Assembly (NCBI GenBank): GCA_002269645.1 | Contig: NIVC01003129.1 | Location: 10,390 to 74,389 of the forward strand | Length of the DNA stretch: 64,000 nucleotides | From: Macrostomum lignano | Lineage: Eukaryota | Reading direction: 5' to 3' | In this document: positions 60,601 to 64,000 of the stretch, piece after piece | Layout of the letters: each line of letters opens with the position of its first letter | Numbering within the stretch: position 1 is the first letter of the stretch | Translations under genes and position numbers: made by a program | Notes under the pieces: generated by a model | The model's database searches: none | What the model was told of the DNA's origin: nothing | The model's input: the letters and a program-made list of their open reading frames with translations, nothing else

Positions 60601-63600
60601 AGTGTTATTGCAAGTTCTGTTTTTGCTGGTGTCACAATGCGTTGGCAGCAGACACTCGTTGATATCTAAAATGTTGAAATCAAAGCTAATATTGAATAGG
60701 ACAGCTAATAGTTGCAGTAAAACTAATTTTCTCGCTACGCACCCTCGCATCGAGTTTTATTCGCCAGATTGCTGAGCGGGTACTGAAAGCCAGCCGCGCA
60801 GATGCACTGGTGCTTGTAGAATTCGGTTTGTATTGCTGGGTCGGCACTGATGCACCCGGTGTAGGCAGCGCCTGTGCACGCGGAATTGTCGCATCGGTCT
60901 CTGTAGGCACAGATGGTCAGGCTGCCGGATGTGGACAGGTCGTAGTTTGCGGGACAGGTGGAAGAGCAGCTTGTTGCTAGGGTGGTATTGCACGCAAAGC
61001 AGTTTAACGGACAGGTTGCGAAAGTGCAGTTAGGGCCGTAATAATTTTGGCTGCATTCGCAGGCAGACATGGAAGCCTGGTCTAAAATTATTGATATAAA
61101 AAGACACCAAAAATGTTAATAGAGATCGAATGGGACATTGAAAACTGACACTCATTTTGTGTCTACTTGCAGTAGACACAACTTGCAGTTGCAGTCAATT
61201 GCGTCTGACACTATTGACTGCCTACTCACTCTGAGGCGTGATGGCGATTCCCGAGGCCAATGGAGTCGCAAAACTTTCAGCAGCGTTGGCGGGACACAGG
61301 CCGTTCCGTCTGGTCATCCTGAGCGGCACCGGCCAGAGACTGGCGCAGCCGCTGGCCACGTCAGCAACCCTCAGCACGATCAGCGCTGAGATTTCGCTCT
61401 GAGCTGGCACCCAGGTCAAACTGCCGTTCTCATACACGTTTAGTCCAACTGGTCCTGAAATCTTTGAAAAAGTTCGGCCAGAACTGCCGCCATCTACCAC
61501 CGTCGCAAGCTCCATTTTGAAGATGTCGCCTTCTTTAACATTGAACGGAGTGGAAGTTGCGTTCCACTGCGGTGGCAAGCAGGAGAGGTCTTTGAGCTGC
61601 ACAAACAGAGAGTCTAGGCGAGTAAGGTAAGCCTCTGAGCACGAGGCCTGCAGTTTGCAGTCAACAAACTCGAGTATGCAGTACCGGTACTCGGTTGTGT
61701 TGCTGAGCTTGGCAGAGCAAGCCGCCACTGAGGCGTTGTAGACTGTCTCGTTGCCAGAAAAGAGTGCCTCAATCAGCGCCGTCTGGTTGGTGTTCCAAGC
61801 AGCATTCCAATAGAGCGGCGTCCAGTTGGTGGCAGCTGTTGGCGGGGTCGACAAGTTCAGAAACAGGGATTCGCCAGCCGGCGCTACGGCCCCTGCATTT
61901 GTGGTCGAAAGTAAGCAGCACTTTAAATCTCTAGATTTTGAGACTCTTGAAGCAGTCTTGAGTTTCTGCAAGTTGAACTTCCTTCTTCAGCAGTGTACGC
62001 TGGTAATAATCAGTAATTCGATTTAGTAGTGTAGTGGTACAATATTTTACGGAAATGGAATTCATACATATGTACTTTTACTTTTTGGCACCGGGCTCAC
62101 AGAGGCACTAATCAATATATTAATAATGGGTTATATTTTTAAGTATGACTGTCATTTTCCTAAGACTATTTTGGAACCGACAAAGCTATTAGAAAAAACT
62201 AAAGATGTCCACTTTCATGCCTGTACTTCTAGCTTACGCTGTACGAACGTACTATGGTTGCAAAATGCTCACAGCTAGTCAAGGCTTCCGTAAACAGCGT
62301 CAGATTCGCCTGTTGCGCCACAGACAGCGCGGTTCCGTTCCGGTAAGCCACCTCGTTCTGGCTGTTGGCATCATAGTTTCCCAGCAATCCAGCAACGTTT
62401 CCTGGCGACTTGTTGAGAAATACCGTCACTGTGAGTCCGTTTGGAGCAGTTGAAATCTGAAATTCATCAGGTTGGGCTTTGAACTTGCAAACACACTGCG
62501 CATTTATCCAACCCAGAAAGCCATCAGATACTGGACTCACTTCGATCCAGCTGTTGGAGTTGCTTGTGTAGCAAATAATCTTACTGCTGCTGCTGATAAT
62601 TGCCACTGGAAACAACACATTTGTGAGTAGCTAAGCATTCGTTTCTTGCAAATATTATCTAGAAAACATGTAAAGGACCGACAGGCAAAGGGTCAAATTA
62701 TTCCAGAGCTGTGCTCCAAAACTGTTACGTTGCTCAGAACTTCCGTCTGCACAGCACTGCTGCCTGTGAGATTTTTACGAGTAAATGGACCTTGGTTGAT
62801 GCTGTAATGCGCAGTGCTAATTTGGGCTACGGATTTGTCTCGGTACACCTGAAATTGTTGCTGGAAGGCTGGAGCGCATGGATACAACTTAGCTGTATTC
62901 ATGAGCAGCAGCAAACTACAAGACAGACGCACCTCGATAGAAAAGTTTGTTGCTCCCGTGAACTGCGCAGCCACGGAGGTGACACCCGCTGTGTTGTTGG
63001 CACTTGGCGTGTTCAAATTTTCCATCCGAATCTGTACTTTTAAGCCTGTGTTATTCACCAGCCAGAAGTCTCCGATGGCCAAGAATTTGTACTGATAGTT
63101 ATCGAAGGTTCGGAATAGACCGGCGCCGGTGATGAAGCCTGAATGAGGGCGGTTTAGGTGCTCTGTATGAAACCTTAAGCCTGCTTTTATATACATTCTA
63201 AGTGTGTATTTTGTTTCTGTTTGTTACTTTGTTAGCTTCCCAATTCATTCATTTAAAGCTTCCCAATTCATTTAAAGGGTGCAGTTGAAACTGGCCTCCT
63301 GTCACGCTAACCTGCGGATCCGGGAGCACCATAACCGCTTGAGGAAGGCTGTGGAAATTCGTTATAGTAGAGGCTGCACAGAGCGGGCGCCCGGTTGCAG
63401 CAGTAGTCGAACAGGTTCACCCCCAGAGTGACATTCTTGCTGACCACCTTGATGGACGAGTCCTGCATCAGGAGGCCGCCGCTGTCATTATGGTACACGC
63501 AAGTCAATTGCGTTACATTCTCCAGGTTGGCCGTCAGCAGCAGCTTGTATGGCTGCTTGCCCGTAACAGTGGCGGCGTCCTTGGTGTACCGCGGTCAGAC

Positions 63601-64000
63601 CTGGCTTGCTGCTGCGTCTGCGGACAGGCGTTGGCCACGGAAGAGGACGGTGTGACGGGCAGGGGGTTGTCGCTTCTCGGCTGCACATCGCGGCGTAGTT
63701 TCACCGGCGCGCTGTTGTTCAGGTAGATTGGCAGGATTCGAATCCGAGTCTTCACAGCTGCGGGTACAAGATTTAACTTTTTACTTGTTAAACAATACAA
63801 CTATTACAGACTAATTTAACCCTTTGGCTGGCTTAACCTTGAGAACCTTTGAATTCAGCGTAAAACTCACGGTTGTAGTTGACAGTCTGGTTTGCATAAG
63901 CCATGGCTGTACTGCGAGTGCTTGCCAGGGTGACCAAGTTGCCACCAGTTTTCCAAGCAATCAGGGTGGGCACCCAGTTGAAGTAGTGCTTTAGCGTGTT
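57647..64000 (-). CDS. 3' part of a large mucin-4/SUSD2-like membrane glycoprotein: AMOP, VWD, multiple EGF/cbEGF, SEA, EGF, TM, short tail (5' end outside window; one apparent frameshift at ~63590)
   Basis: AMOP CPQTQQQARSD..TCVYHND..FDYCC; VWD FRTFDNYQYKFLAIGDFWLV; cbEGF DINEC/DIDEC/NVNEC; SEA FLSNGSVVA; TM IILGVVLGALLLIALIIVVCCII (~58120-58050). Exact 3' end uncertain. Confidence 0.85.

Overview
Eukaryotic (animal) genomic DNA with GT-AG introns and GC-rich exons. The style (a different minisatellite in most long introns, tRNA-derived SINEs, TTAGGG-like repeats) suggests a flatworm such as Macrostomum; this is inference only. Genes reconstructed by hand, left to right: 3' end of EMC4; DUSP22/15-like phosphatase; WDR74; NOP14; NEK8/9-like kinase with RCC1 repeats; an orphan Q-rich ORF; a small two-exon candidate neuropeptide precursor absent from the ORF track; a 12-exon M13 (neprilysin/ECE-like) gene lacking its zinc-binding and catalytic residues; a secreted two-repeat Cys-rich protein whose intron holds a 5'-truncated LINE with an open EN-RT-RNaseH frame; an 81-aa Cys-rich secreted peptide; a 514-aa orphan ORF; a multi-exon orphan secreted/membrane protein; an AMPA/kainate-type glutamate receptor with genomically encoded Arg at the Q/R site; and the 3' part of a large AMOP-VWD-EGF-SEA-TM mucin-like gene. 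The most interesting items are the neuropeptide/pseudo-neprilysin/Cys-peptide neighbourhood, the ATG-less NOP14 (possible spliced-leader-donated AUG in an operon-like arrangement), and the iGluR pore and gate substitutions. No database searches were run; family assignments rest on recalled motifs.
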